A model generated the notes under the pieces. It was not told the origin of the DNA and made no database searches. It was given only the letters and a program-made list of their open reading frames with translations. From contig JASFLX010000002.1 of assembly GCA_050117895.1 (NCBI GenBank), positions 1 to 40,548 on the forward strand: 40,548 nt of DNA. The letters are read 5' to 3'. Both the position numbers and the translations under genes were made by a program. The first letter of the stretch is position 1; the number at the start of each line of letters is the position of its first letter. Source of the stretch: Desulfobacterales bacterium (lineage in GTDB: Bacteria > Desulfobacterota > Desulfobacteria > Desulfobacterales > UBA11574). Shown here piece by piece: positions 1 through 9,101 of the stretch.

Positions 1-35
1 TAAATTAAATTAACGATTCCCCCCCCCCTTAATTT

Positions 36-872
36 TTAAGCGTACAAATTCTCAATCCATCTCATAGCTTCATTTTCACTAACCTTACCCAAATACATCT
101 GAATTGTCGAAAGATTAGCATGCCGGAGAATTATTTTGCTGATAATTTCAATGGGAACGCCGGAACGAGATGCATATGTGGCCGCATGGCGCCTTAAATC
201 ATGTGGTCGAAGCCGGACACCAACCATTTCACCGGCCTTTTTTACCATAGATCTGGCAGCCTCATAGGATATGGGAAATATCCTCTGATTGAACTCAATC
301 TGCTTTAAATTAATATAGTCCCTTAGCCGATCGGCAATTTTCTGAATTATGAATATAATTTCTTGTTCACGGCCACTTTTGGGATCTTTGATGAGCAATT
401 TCTGCCCTGATATATCATCGGGTGTCAGTTTAAGCACTTCACCAATGCGCATACCGCCCCGTGCCATTAGTTCCAAAATCAGTCGGTTCCGAAGCTTGGT
501 AGTTCGAAAAATAATTTCATCAATGGTCTCTTTTTCAAAACTGTCCCATTGAACCGGCGTATTGGCTTTGTAAAGTTTTTTCAGTAGTTGATTTGCACAG
601 GGGTTTTGTATTCGTTCATCAATATTGTTTATAATGAAATTGAAAAATGCAGCCAGATGAGAATATCGAGTTCGTCTGGTTTGTTGTTTTGTACCGTCTG
701 TAATTTTATCAAGAAAGGTGAGAATATCCTCTGAGGAAATTTCTTCCAGATCTTTGTCGCCAAATATCAAACCAAATTTTGTGAGAATCGCTTCATATGA
801 TCTTATGGTGTTAGGTTTAGAGTGGTTCCGGTGATAGTCTAAACAGATTTTTATGGCTTTTGATACTTTCAT
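36..872 (-). CDS. Tyrosine recombinase / phage-type integrase (XerD-like, 278 aa)
   Basis: Strong SD (AAAGGAGGT, reverse complement of 878-886) before the ATG. C-terminal catalytic motifs of tyrosine recombinases are present: ARGGMRIGE (Arg), HDLRRHAAT (His-x-x-Arg) and LRHANLSTIQMYLG (His and the Tyr nucleophile). The N-terminus looks like a SAM-like core-binding region. Confidence 0.9.
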   Translation of the reverse strand: MKVSKAIKICLDYHRNHSKPNTIRSYEAILTKFGLIFGDKDLEEISSEDILTFLDKITDGTKQQTRRTRYSHLAAFFNFIINNIDERIQNPCANQLLKKLYKANTPVQWDSFEKETIDEIIFRTTKLRNRLILELMARGGMRIGEVLKLTPDDISGQKLLIKDPKSGREQEIIFIIQKIADRLRDYINLKQIEFNQRIFPISYEAARSMVKKAGEMVGVRLRPHDLRRHAATYASRSGVPIEIISKIILRHANLSTIQMYLGKVSENEAMRWIENLYA

Positions 873-1309
873 AACCTACCTCCTTTGTTGAAATGTTTCT
901 TAAAAAATGCCCCAGAGGTAAGGCTATGATATCTTTTAGATATATTCTATATTTTACGGAAATTATGCTGTTGAGATACCGGTTGGCAAAAGGAAAATAT
1001 TCTTAAAGACAGAACCATGTGCTCCATTGCAGTAAAACGTAACAAAGGTTGGAGTCAACGATCTGTAACTGTAATTTTATTAATTCTGCCTCGGAGGTCT
1101 GTCGCCAAATCAGAAAAAGTTACTGAACTGTCTCGCTTAACTCTGTGTCCTTTTTTGGGGTAGGAACTCCTCAATTTATTAGCATCCCATTGTGGTTTAA
1201 TTTATTTTATTTAATAAAAGATAGTTATATGCTATGAAACTTAATATGAGTCCCAAGAACCAGAAATCTCAACTTAAATTAAGCCAATAAAAGAAAATAA
1301 GCAATAAAT

Positions 1310-2797
1310 ATGCTTAAAAAAATCTCTCCACTCAATAGGCTCATTATACTTCTACTGAGCGCATTGGTATTAACCGGCTTTAGAACGACTACTCATAAAG
1401 AAATGCGCACATTCTCTTCTATAAAGCAATTTTCACTTAAATCTATTACTCAAATGACGATAGAGACCATGCAGTTAATGGGCTACCAATTGAAAGACTG
1501 GAACGATAGCACGGGCTATGTGTATGGTTCCAGATCATTAGTAACAAAACGTAGGCGGTTTGCAGTCAACGTTATCACGGGTTACCAGGGGCAAAAATTT
1601 ATCCAGGCACAATGCTTTACGGATTCTGATCTTTTTGGAGTGGGAAACCGTAAAGAAGTTCAAGAATTTTTTCGGCTTTTTAATAAAATTGCAAATCGCT
1701 TGTCAAGAGAGGTGAGTAAAGAAAAATCTCTTGCAGTTAAACCATCAATTCCGCAAGCCGATAGTTCAACCTATAAACCAGCAGTGAAATCCGGCAAATC
1801 AGTTATAAATGGACAGTTATTTGTAGAAGCAGAACCGAAGGGCTTCCAGGTCAGGATTCTGAACATCAAGCCCAAATTCTCCCAAGGCATACGTCTTAAA
1901 CCCGGGAGATATCTTTTGGAAGTTTCGGCGTTCGGATACAATACATGGAAGGACTGGGTTGAACTCGCGGCCGGCGAGAAAAAGACTGTCAAGATCAGTC
2001 TTTCAGGTGAACATCCGATGTCGGCAAAGGATCTTCCGAAAATATGGCTTTTTTCCGTGGGTATCTCGGATTTCACGGATGAAAGTCTGGAATTGAGATA
2101 TGCCGCCGCCGATGCAAAGAACTTCTACAAGTTTTTCCGTTCTGCATCCGGAGCCATGCTTCCAAAAACACAAGCTGTATTGTTGATCGATGAGGCCGCT
2201 TCTAGGGCAAATGTTATACGATTACTGGTACGCTTTGTCAAACAGGCAAACGAAAATGACCTTATCGTTATTTTTTTCGCAACACACGGATTGCCTGACC
2301 CGGATACCGGGGAAATCAACTTCATCATGTATGACACCGCCATGGATAATCTCGTGGGCTCCGGTCTCTCACATAGCGACCTAGACCGGATTATTCAGCG
2401 TTCAAGAGCCAGTAAGGTGCTGTTCATCGTAGATGCCTGTCATTCAGGCGGATTGGGTGTCAACTCTTTATTGGCACGCAGAGGAATTAGAATTAGCGAG
2501 GTGAACCGCCTGATTTCAAAGCTCGCAGAAGCGACAAACGGAACTGCGGTGCTTTCCGCTTCAAGTTCCAATGAAATGAGCATGGAAGGAGAACGCTGGG
2601 GGGGAGGGGTTTTTACGTATTACATGATCGGCGGGTTGAGAGGACGGGCAGATGCAAACCAGGATCAGATTGTCACCTTGAGGGAGCTTTTTGATTATGT
2701 ATACAAGAAGGTTCCGGCGGCCACAGACGGGCAGCAGCACCCTGAGTTGAAAGGTCAGTTCAGCAATGATCTGCCTCTCGTTGAGGTAAATCCATGA
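1310..2797 (+). CDS. Caspase-family (peptidase C14) protein with N-terminal signal/anchor and central PEGA-like beta-sandwich
   Basis: N-terminal KK plus hydrophobic stretch LIILLLSALVLTG. PEGA-like segment GFQVRILNIKPKFSQGIRLKPGRYLLEVSAFGYNTWKDWVELAAGEKKTVKISL. Caspase p20 motifs: VGISDF...AAADAKNF, IVIFFATHG (His codon 2285-2287) and LFIVDACHSGG (Cys codon 2438-2440). Confidence 0.85.
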   Translation: MLKKISPLNRLIILLLSALVLTGFRTTTHKEMRTFSSIKQFSLKSITQMTIETMQLMGYQLKDWNDSTGYVYGSRSLVTKRRRFAVNVITGYQGQKFIQAQCFTDSDLFGVGNRKEVQEFFRLFNKIANRLSREVSKEKSLAVKPSIPQADSSTYKPAVKSGKSVINGQLFVEAEPKGFQVRILNIKPKFSQGIRLKPGRYLLEVSAFGYNTWKDWVELAAGEKKTVKISLSGEHPMSAKDLPKIWLFSVGISDFTDESLELRYAAADAKNFYKFFRSASGAMLPKTQAVLLIDEAASRANVIRLLVRFVKQANENDLIVIFFATHGLPDPDTGEINFIMYDTAMDNLVGSGLSHSDLDRIIQRSRASKVLFIVDACHSGGLGVNSLLARRGIRISEVNRLISKLAEATNGTAVLSASSSNEMSMEGERWGGGVFTYYMIGGLRGRADANQDQIVTLRELFDYVYKKVPAATDGQQHPELKGQFSNDLPLVEVNP

Positions 2798-3088
2798 CAC
2801 GTGTCCTGTCCTAAAAAGAAGGTACATTTCTTAAGTATCGTTGAGCACCAGCAATTTTTCTTGCACTTTTTTTAAAAGGTATTTCTGGAATAGGTCACGA
2901 GCGGATCTCATTTATTATCGAGTAGAAGGATCAAACCGAAATCATAAAAAGTTCAGATCGCTTGCCAGTCTAGCAAGCATTCAAAACAGCGATTGATATA
3001 CAGATATCCTATTTTTCTGGGGCCAGATCAATTAAATTCTATTTTTGACAATTGTCAAATCATCTCCGTCCACCGACATTTTAGAGTT

Positions 3089-3697
3089 TTAAAACTTTTT
3101 TAGTCTTTTGTAATCGATTGCCGAAGCATAATCGACCAAATCAGTTTCTTTGACCTCTTGCCCTTTTATAGTTACGAGGTACTGCTTCGCTACAACAATA
3201 TTTATTTCTCCATCTTTGCTTGATGGACGATACTTAATAACAGCCTTTTGTCTTTTTATTTTGGTTAACTTTCCTCCATCAGCTGACGCAAAAGCTGGGT
3301 TTGAGAACAGCATAAGCATAGATTGAAGGGCTGGAGAATCAGTGATTATTTCTATCGTAACAGAGCTCTGGTCTTTACGATACCTCCTCTGAGCTGAAAT
3401 TCCTCCACCGAAGTATCCTGCACCGGCAGCCTTAGATTTTATATCCTCTGCTGACCATCCGGTTAATGGTTCGGGTAAGAAAGCTTCCAAGTTGCCACCT
3501 CGTTTTTGGCGAATAAGTTGGGAAGCATAGTCGAGGCTATTAGCAGCTTCAACGAAATCACCTTCTTTATAATATTCAATTGCTTCTTCAATAGAATCAG
3601 TAATCTCATCAGCCCAAACTGTTCCAGAGATGAAAATTGACACGATTATAAATAAAGCTATTAACCCCCTTAAAGCAGTTTTATCCATTTTAAGCAT
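3089..3697 (-). CDS. Secreted protein of unknown function (202 aa)
   Basis: Strong SD (AAGGAGGA) 4 nt upstream of the ATG. Signal-peptide-like N-terminus LIALFIIVSIFISGTVWA/DE. I recognise no catalytic motif. Confidence 0.7.
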   Translation of the reverse strand: MLKMDKTALRGLIALFIIVSIFISGTVWADEITDSIEEAIEYYKEGDFVEAANSLDYASQLIRQKRGGNLEAFLPEPLTGWSAEDIKSKAAGAGYFGGGISAQRRYRKDQSSVTIEIITDSPALQSMLMLFSNPAFASADGGKLTKIKRQKAVIKYRPSSKDGEINIVVAKQYLVTIKGQEVKETDLVDYASAIDYKRLKKF

Positions 3698-4137
3698 CTC
3701 ATCCTCCTTATTAAGTAGTAAGTTTAACTGAAAAAGTATTAGGACCTATTCAAGATATCTTGCCATCACCTCAGGTTCAAACACCTCAATTTAAAGTGCA
3801 TATATCTTATTTCTTACGGAAATGCAATAAAAGCAAACCCCAGAAAAAGGATCTGCCCTCATTAAAAAAACGATATAACACAACTTTTTATAGAAATGAT
3901 ACGTGTGTTTTAATAGCAGATACATGTACTTGACACTTTTAAAAAATGTTCCTTGAAACTTATATTCTTAAGTAATTATGTTCAATAAACTGGAATTTTA
4001 AAAGTATTTGAACACATAATCATAACCAAAACCCCATGCGCAAAAACTGCTTTACAGACTTTTTGTTATAATATAATTATAAATAATAAGTTGATAAAAT
4101 TGTATAAATTACAGCTACTATTTCGGGGTATGAGATC

Positions 4138-4938
4138 ATGACAATCAACAGATTATTCAAGGTTTTTGCAGTTTTGTCACTGGCGATAACATCCGCTTTG
4201 CTCTTAACTCCATCCGGCTATGCTGCAGAAGGTTATTCACTACTAAAAGGGTTCTGGCAGTGCCAGGAGGATGGCGAGCGGACAACCCTTGAATTTCACT
4301 CAAAAAATCAATTGATCTATAACGGTCAACCCGCCAACTACCAATTGCTGCCCAATGCCTTCCGAGTTATAGAGGATTCCGGCCCCGCCAACTACTACTA
4401 CCAATACCTTGAGGGCACCCTCATCATCTTCTCTCCAGATGGTTCGGTGACATACTGTCAAAAGACCAAGAAACCCTCAGTTCAAGCTCAACAGCCAGCC
4501 AAACCTCAAACGACAGTGCAGGGCTGGCCACCGCCTTATCAGAGACCGCCTGGGAGAAGTACTTGGGAGGATTCCTCTCCGGAAAAACTGCTCTACAAGT
4601 TTGCAGGCCGTTGGGATTCTGCCACCAGCAATACTCTGCACAATATTTACTTGAAGCCTGACGGCAGTTTCGAGGACTCCTATGAGGCGGGATATAGTGG
4701 CCAATTTGTTGATCAAGGCGGTTTTCAGACAGGCAACTGGGGTGCTACCGGCAATGAGCAGACCGGCGGGCGTTGGACTATACAGGGCACGCTGCGCCAG
4801 GGTACCATAACCCTAATCCATGGGAACGGCAAACGTACAAACTATCGTTATCAGGTTCACTGCCGCGGCAGCGAATGCTACGGCAGCGAGTATTTTTTCA
4901 ATGGTAAACTCTATTCAGTGAAGTACATCTACCGATAA
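4138..4938 (+). CDS. Secreted Gly/Gln/Tyr/Trp-rich protein of unknown function (266 aa)
   Basis: Signal peptide FAVLSLAITSALLLTPSGYA/AE. Central Pro/Gln-rich linker (QAQQPAKPQTTVQGWPPPYQRPPG) separates two halves. The ORF is long and has no competing ORF. Confidence 0.7.
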   Translation: MTINRLFKVFAVLSLAITSALLLTPSGYAAEGYSLLKGFWQCQEDGERTTLEFHSKNQLIYNGQPANYQLLPNAFRVIEDSGPANYYYQYLEGTLIIFSPDGSVTYCQKTKKPSVQAQQPAKPQTTVQGWPPPYQRPPGRSTWEDSSPEKLLYKFAGRWDSATSNTLHNIYLKPDGSFEDSYEAGYSGQFVDQGGFQTGNWGATGNEQTGGRWTIQGTLRQGTITLIHGNGKRTNYRYQVHCRGSECYGSEYFFNGKLYSVKYIYR

Positions 4939-5095
4939 CTATGCTTCGGATGCAGGTATTTTGCCAATATTGCCGTCAATATCAAACTTTTTAAGATACA
5001 GATATCATGTATTTCCGGTGTCAGGTCAAGTCCGTCCTGTCACAATTATTCCTTATTTTCGGTTTCAATCCAAAGTTCTCATTGAGGCTGTTTAC

Positions 5096-5696
5096 CTAAT
5101 TTTCTTCGGACATTGGAATATAATCAAGCCGCTTTACCAAGTATGATTCGCCACTCTCGATAAGATCCATCATAATATTACCAGTTTTTTCCTTCAGAGC
5201 TTTATTTAAAAGATATTGGGTGAAAAATTTTCCCTTAATTCGAACGTTACCCTTACCGGGTTGTTGAGAATATTCAAGCAATTCAATCCTGTAGTTAAGT
5301 GACTCGACTTTTTCCATATTTCTGGGATATTCTGGTAATAGCTCATGAAAAGGCCTGTTGTTTTCAATAGCATCAGGAGTAAAAAAAATTGGCAAACTTG
5401 TCAAGATCCTTACTTTCATATGATTTGCAATAAAGAAATAAAAAGGATTTAAGGCGTTCTGTTTGAGCTACATTATGTTTTTCTTTGCTAACGGTTTTTA
5501 TTTTTTTATCATTATTTATCTCGATTTGCTTTTTTGGTGCCATTTTTATTTCGTCTTTCTGTCTGATTGATCCCCCGAATTCTACTCTATTTATCTTGGC
5601 ACCGTCTTCATAATTGGATTTGGGGTCGGGCCGAGCTAAGTATTTGAAAATTTGATAAAAGAGCTCTAAAAACGACCGTTTTTTGCTCTTAAACAT
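5096..5696 (-). pseudogene. Single gene split by a +1 frameshift in a T8 (plus-strand A8) homopolymer; intact product would be about 199 aa, unknown function
   Basis: ORFs 5373-5696 and 5096-5419 overlap. The minus strand reads ...AAG TTT GCC AAT TTT TTT TAC TCC TGA. Removing one T gives ...K F A N F F T P D A I E N..., which is exactly the downstream ORF frame. Confidence 0.6.
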
Positions 5697-6086
5697 ACTA
5701 TTTGGGGTAGAAAATAATAGATCTAAGGATTTTTTTTGAAATACTATTTAGTTCCCATCCAGAAATTGCCCTTTTCCGCAATTTGTGCGCCTGCTCTGCC
5801 TGTCGAAGCCGCGCGTAGATCCCGCTATCGGGGCTCCGTAGGTAGGAAATTATCATACTGGGATGAAATTTTTACTCTAACAATCGGCAATTTTTTCTTG
5901 ATATTTACACACAACATAGCGACATTGTTTTTGTTCTTACGCGCACTCGGCTGTCAGTATGAGGGCTCAGCGTGGAGAGCGAATAGCATCAGAAAATGGA
6001 TATTCACTAATAGATGAAAAAAGCTTATAATTTGAACGGCTCGGTAGTTCAGAAATCATCTTCAAAAAGAGAAGGAAGGAGAATCC

Positions 6087-6419
6087 ATGGCAAAAAAATA
6101 CACTCTGGAAGACGGAATGGACTTGTTAAAAGAGCAACTACCCAACGTGGCGAAAGCCTTCGGATTCCTGCGTGACGAAGCGACAAAAGACGGTGTATTG
6201 AGTGCTAGAACCAAGAGACTGATGATGGTAGCGGTTTCAGTGGCGCTGCGCTGCGAACCTTGCATCCGAACACATGTAAAGACGGTTGTTGAAATGGGGG
6301 TGTCCCGTACAGAAATCCTGGAAGCAACGGGAATCTCTATTCTGATGGCGGGAGGTCCTGCCATTGCGTATACTTCAACGGTTGTTTTGGAAGTCCTTGA
6401 TGAAATGAATGCTGTCTGA
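6087..6419 (+). CDS. Carboxymuconolactone decarboxylase / AhpD-like family protein (110 aa)
   Basis: Strong SD (AAGGAGAA). CxxC motif in the typical context ALRCEPCIRTH. Size is typical of small AhpD-like/CMD proteins. Confidence 0.85.
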   Translation: MAKKYTLEDGMDLLKEQLPNVAKAFGFLRDEATKDGVLSARTKRLMMVAVSVALRCEPCIRTHVKTVVEMGVSRTEILEATGISILMAGGPAIAYTSTVVLEVLDEMNAV

Positions 6420-6561
6420 ATAGTGTCAAAGCTTGATGTTCCCGTTAATTTTTATCCTCAACATCAACAAATTCTTGAGTGGTTGACGAGATAGAATGGA
6501 ATTGGTAATTTAGGAGCAGGGTTTACCATATAGGGTTTTACAATGTTTAGACGGAGGTAAA

Positions 6562-7020
6562 ATGAAAAAGGCTGTATTCTTAAATAACGGTTCGAAGAGG
6601 ATGGCAAGGGATTATATTCCAGCCACGATGTCTGCCGGTCCGGCCTTAAAGCATTATTTCATAGGGTTATCGATATGTCTTTTCGTTGTTATGGGATGCG
6701 CTGCCGGCGGCCAACATGTTCAAACATCTCCATATGACACAATGGTAAAATCTGTTCTTGTGGAGTCCGTATCTGAGTTGAATCCTCGTGTTGCCAGCAT
6801 TCAGCTATCGAGGCCCTCCATGTTTTTTGGGATTCTAAAAACCACGCCAATTAAATTCAACGGAAGGAAAGTTGGATCACTGGGGTCCGGGGGCTCCATG
6901 ATAAAATTCGTTACCCCCGGACATTTAAGGCTTCATTCTAATTATACTGTGCGACCCTTGGACTTAGAGGTCAAGGGCGTACATACTGATCAGAAAGACA
7001 CTCGTTATGGCGCCATCTGA
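6562..7020 (+). CDS. Lipoprotein with small beta-sandwich-like (PEGA/DUF2846-like) C-terminal region
   Basis: SD GGAGG lies 5 nt upstream. Hydrophobic stretch plus lipobox LSICLFVVMG-C. The segment PIKFNGRKVGSLGSGGSMIKFVTPGHLRL resembles the x-DG-x-x-G ... PG-x-H pattern of PEGA/DUF2846 sandwiches. The 3' end overlaps the next gene by 14 nt. Confidence 0.7.
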   Translation: MKKAVFLNNGSKRMARDYIPATMSAGPALKHYFIGLSICLFVVMGCAAGGQHVQTSPYDTMVKSVLVESVSELNPRVASIQLSRPSMFFGILKTTPIKFNGRKVGSLGSGGSMIKFVTPGHLRLHSNYTVRPLDLEVKGVHTDQKDTRYGAI

Positions 7021-7852
7021 ACCTTCTGCCAAAATCAGCCAAGGTACCATTCGTCCAATGCGCCCACATACACCCATGGCGAGCCAAGCTTCTCATAAGA
7101 CCAAGACAGAAACAGTGGGACTTGAATCTCCTCCTGACACGGGATTCGGGAGATATTATGCTCTTGTTATCGGAAACGACAATTACCGGCATTTGCCGAA
7201 ACTTCGAACTGCCCAAAACGATGCAAAGGTTGTTGCTCAGATACTTGGTCAGAATTACGGGTATCGTGTCCATTTGCTTTTAGATGCGGGACGGGCAGAT
7301 ATATTGATTGCCCTGGGTAAGCTCAGAGAAACTCTGACAGAGGCGGATAATCTCCTGATTTATTATGCAGGTCACGGATGGTTGGACCAAGAAGGAAACG
7401 AAGGCTACTGGCTTCCGATCGATGCCGTTCAGGACAACGAAGTGCAATGGGTTTCAAATGCGTCTATTACAACTGTTCTAAAAGCCATGCCAGCCAAACA
7501 TGTATTGATAGTGGCCGATAGTTGCTATTCCGGGAAGCTCGCAAGAGGAATTCATATTAAACGAAAAACCAGCAATTATTTTGCCCGAATGGCATCCAAA
7601 AGGGCCCGTTCCGTTATCGCTTCTGGAGGTTTGGAGCCCGTCATTGACAGTGGCGGCAAAGGAGGCCATTCAGTTTTTGCCACTGCTTTCATTGAAGCCC
7701 TTAAAGCAAACAAAAAGATAATAGACGGTACCGAGCTGTTTACCCAGATTCGTCGTCCGGTCATTTTAAATTCCGATCAGACTCCGGAATATGCGGATAT
7801 CCGAAAAGCCGGTCATGAGGGAGGAGATTTTTTGTTCGTTCGTTGGAAATAA
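7007..7852 (+). CDS. Caspase-family (peptidase C14) protein, no signal peptide, low-complexity N-terminal leader
   Basis: Motifs YALVIGNDNYRHLPKLRTAQNDAKVV, LLIYYAGHG (His codon 7373-7375) and VLIVADSCYSG (Cys codon 7523-7525). The start overlaps the stop of the upstream lipoprotein (ATGGCGCCATCTGA). Confidence 0.85.
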   Translation: MAPSEPSAKISQGTIRPMRPHTPMASQASHKTKTETVGLESPPDTGFGRYYALVIGNDNYRHLPKLRTAQNDAKVVAQILGQNYGYRVHLLLDAGRADILIALGKLRETLTEADNLLIYYAGHGWLDQEGNEGYWLPIDAVQDNEVQWVSNASITTVLKAMPAKHVLIVADSCYSGKLARGIHIKRKTSNYFARMASKRARSVIASGGLEPVIDSGGKGGHSVFATAFIEALKANKKIIDGTELFTQIRRPVILNSDQTPEYADIRKAGHEGGDFLFVRWK

Positions 7853-7975
7853 ATATTGAAATAGCGGACCGAAATAAATTTTTTAAGGTAAAATATTTCT
7901 TGGTAGCAATAACGTCCTGCGCCAAAATTCTATTTTTGAGATGGCTTCTAGTAGCGTTAGAAAAATGCGATCAAA

Positions 7976-8443
7976 ATGACACCGGCAATTAATCTAGCGA
8001 AAAGGAAGAAAATTACTCATAAAGTACATAAATACAATCACGACCCATCCAACGAATCTTATGGTATTGAGGCTGCTGAAAAGATGGGTGTGCCTGAAGC
8101 GAGAGTATTCAAAACTTTAGTTGTAAGTCTCGACAATAAAAAACTTGTTGTTGGTGTAATTCCTGTCTCATCTATGTTAAGTATGAAGCATATGGCAACG
8201 GCAACGGGTGCGAAAAAAGCCGCTATGGCTGACAAGTCGGATGTGGAACGCTCAACAGGTTATGTTTTGGGCGGTGTGAGTCCGCTGGGCCAAAAGAAGA
8301 GCCTGAAAACAGTCATCGATGCTTCGGCAAATGATTTTTCTACGATTTTTGTTAGTGCGGGCCGCAGGGGGCTGCAAATAGAATTGAGCCCTACTGATTT
8401 AAGCAACTTAACTAGTGGGGTCTTTTCTAAAATATGTCAGTAG
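7976..8443 (+). CDS. ybaK: Cys-tRNA(Pro)/Cys-tRNA(Cys) deacylase YbaK-type trans-editing protein
   Basis: 155 aa. N-terminal TPAINLAKRKKITHKVHKYNHDP...YGIEAAEKMGVPEARVFKTLVV and C-terminal GYVLGGVSPLG...IFVSAGRRGLQIEL match the YbaK/EbsC pattern as I recall it. Confidence 0.8.
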   Translation: MTPAINLAKRKKITHKVHKYNHDPSNESYGIEAAEKMGVPEARVFKTLVVSLDNKKLVVGVIPVSSMLSMKHMATATGAKKAAMADKSDVERSTGYVLGGVSPLGQKKSLKTVIDASANDFSTIFVSAGRRGLQIELSPTDLSNLTSGVFSKICQ

Positions 8444-8510
8444 CCCAACTTCTTACAAAGCGCGAAACCCGACGGCTTGACCGCCGGTTCGCTCAGCGTT
8501 ATGGGTGTAA

Positions 8511-9101
8511 ATGTTTAGCTACAAACTTGACATTTTGAACCGTGGCCGTATCCATAAGTACTGTGTCATTAAAAACGCAAAGTCCATGAGTTACGCTGAC
8601 GCATTGGACTTGTGGCAATACAATGAATCTTTTCGATCATTTTTCATTTCACTTTTGGCTGACGCTCCTTTTCCCGCTTATCGCTGGGAGACCCCGCCGG
8701 TCATCATCAAAACCATGAAGCGGGAGTTCGAATTCGTTCTCCTTGACAGTCCATCACTTGTCCGACCCCCGGATACCAATGCATTCGCAAGTTATTTTAT
8801 CACCGCCGAATCAGATACCGGAATCGTTGTCTTCGAGAATCTTGGCAAAGACGCCATGCTTGTGGCTCCTTGTCCGCAGGGGGATGATTCTGCATACGCC
8901 CATATCGCGGCATTCGTAAGAAACGGGCCGGAATCTCAGAATCATGCGTTGTGGCAGATCATCAGCCAAACCATGCAACAAAGAATCACGAATCAGCCCA
9001 TTTGGTTGAACACCGAAGGTTCCGGCGTCTCATGGCTACATGTCAGGCTGGATCGTCGGCCCAAATATTATGGATTCAGTCCGTACAAAGAGTTCGCATA
9101 G
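8511..9101 (+). CDS. Conserved hypothetical protein (196 aa), family not identified
   Basis: Clean ORF with conserved-looking blocks (YRWETPPV, FEFVLLDSP, LVAPCP, WLHVRLDRRPKYY). I can assign no function from the sequence. Confidence 0.6.
   Translation: MFSYKLDILNRGRIHKYCVIKNAKSMSYADALDLWQYNESFRSFFISLLADAPFPAYRWETPPVIIKTMKREFEFVLLDSPSLVRPPDTNAFASYFITAESDTGIVVFENLGKDAMLVAPCPQGDDSAYAHIAAFVRNGPESQNHALWQIISQTMQQRITNQPIWLNTEGSGVSWLHVRLDRRPKYYGFSPYKEFA

Noticed and set aside
873-1309. tRNA gene, att repeat or excisionase next to the integrase
   Set aside because: There is no T-loop-like GGTTCGAATCC sequence and no cloverleaf. Only ORFs of about 40 aa or fewer without SD occur in this spacer. Any tRNA or att site would lie left of the window.
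5736-6017. 93-aa ORF in the divergent spacer upstream of the AhpD-like gene
   Set aside because: It has a TTG start, no SD and an Arg/Ala-rich stretch produced by the GC island. It more likely reflects a non-coding element (see finding).
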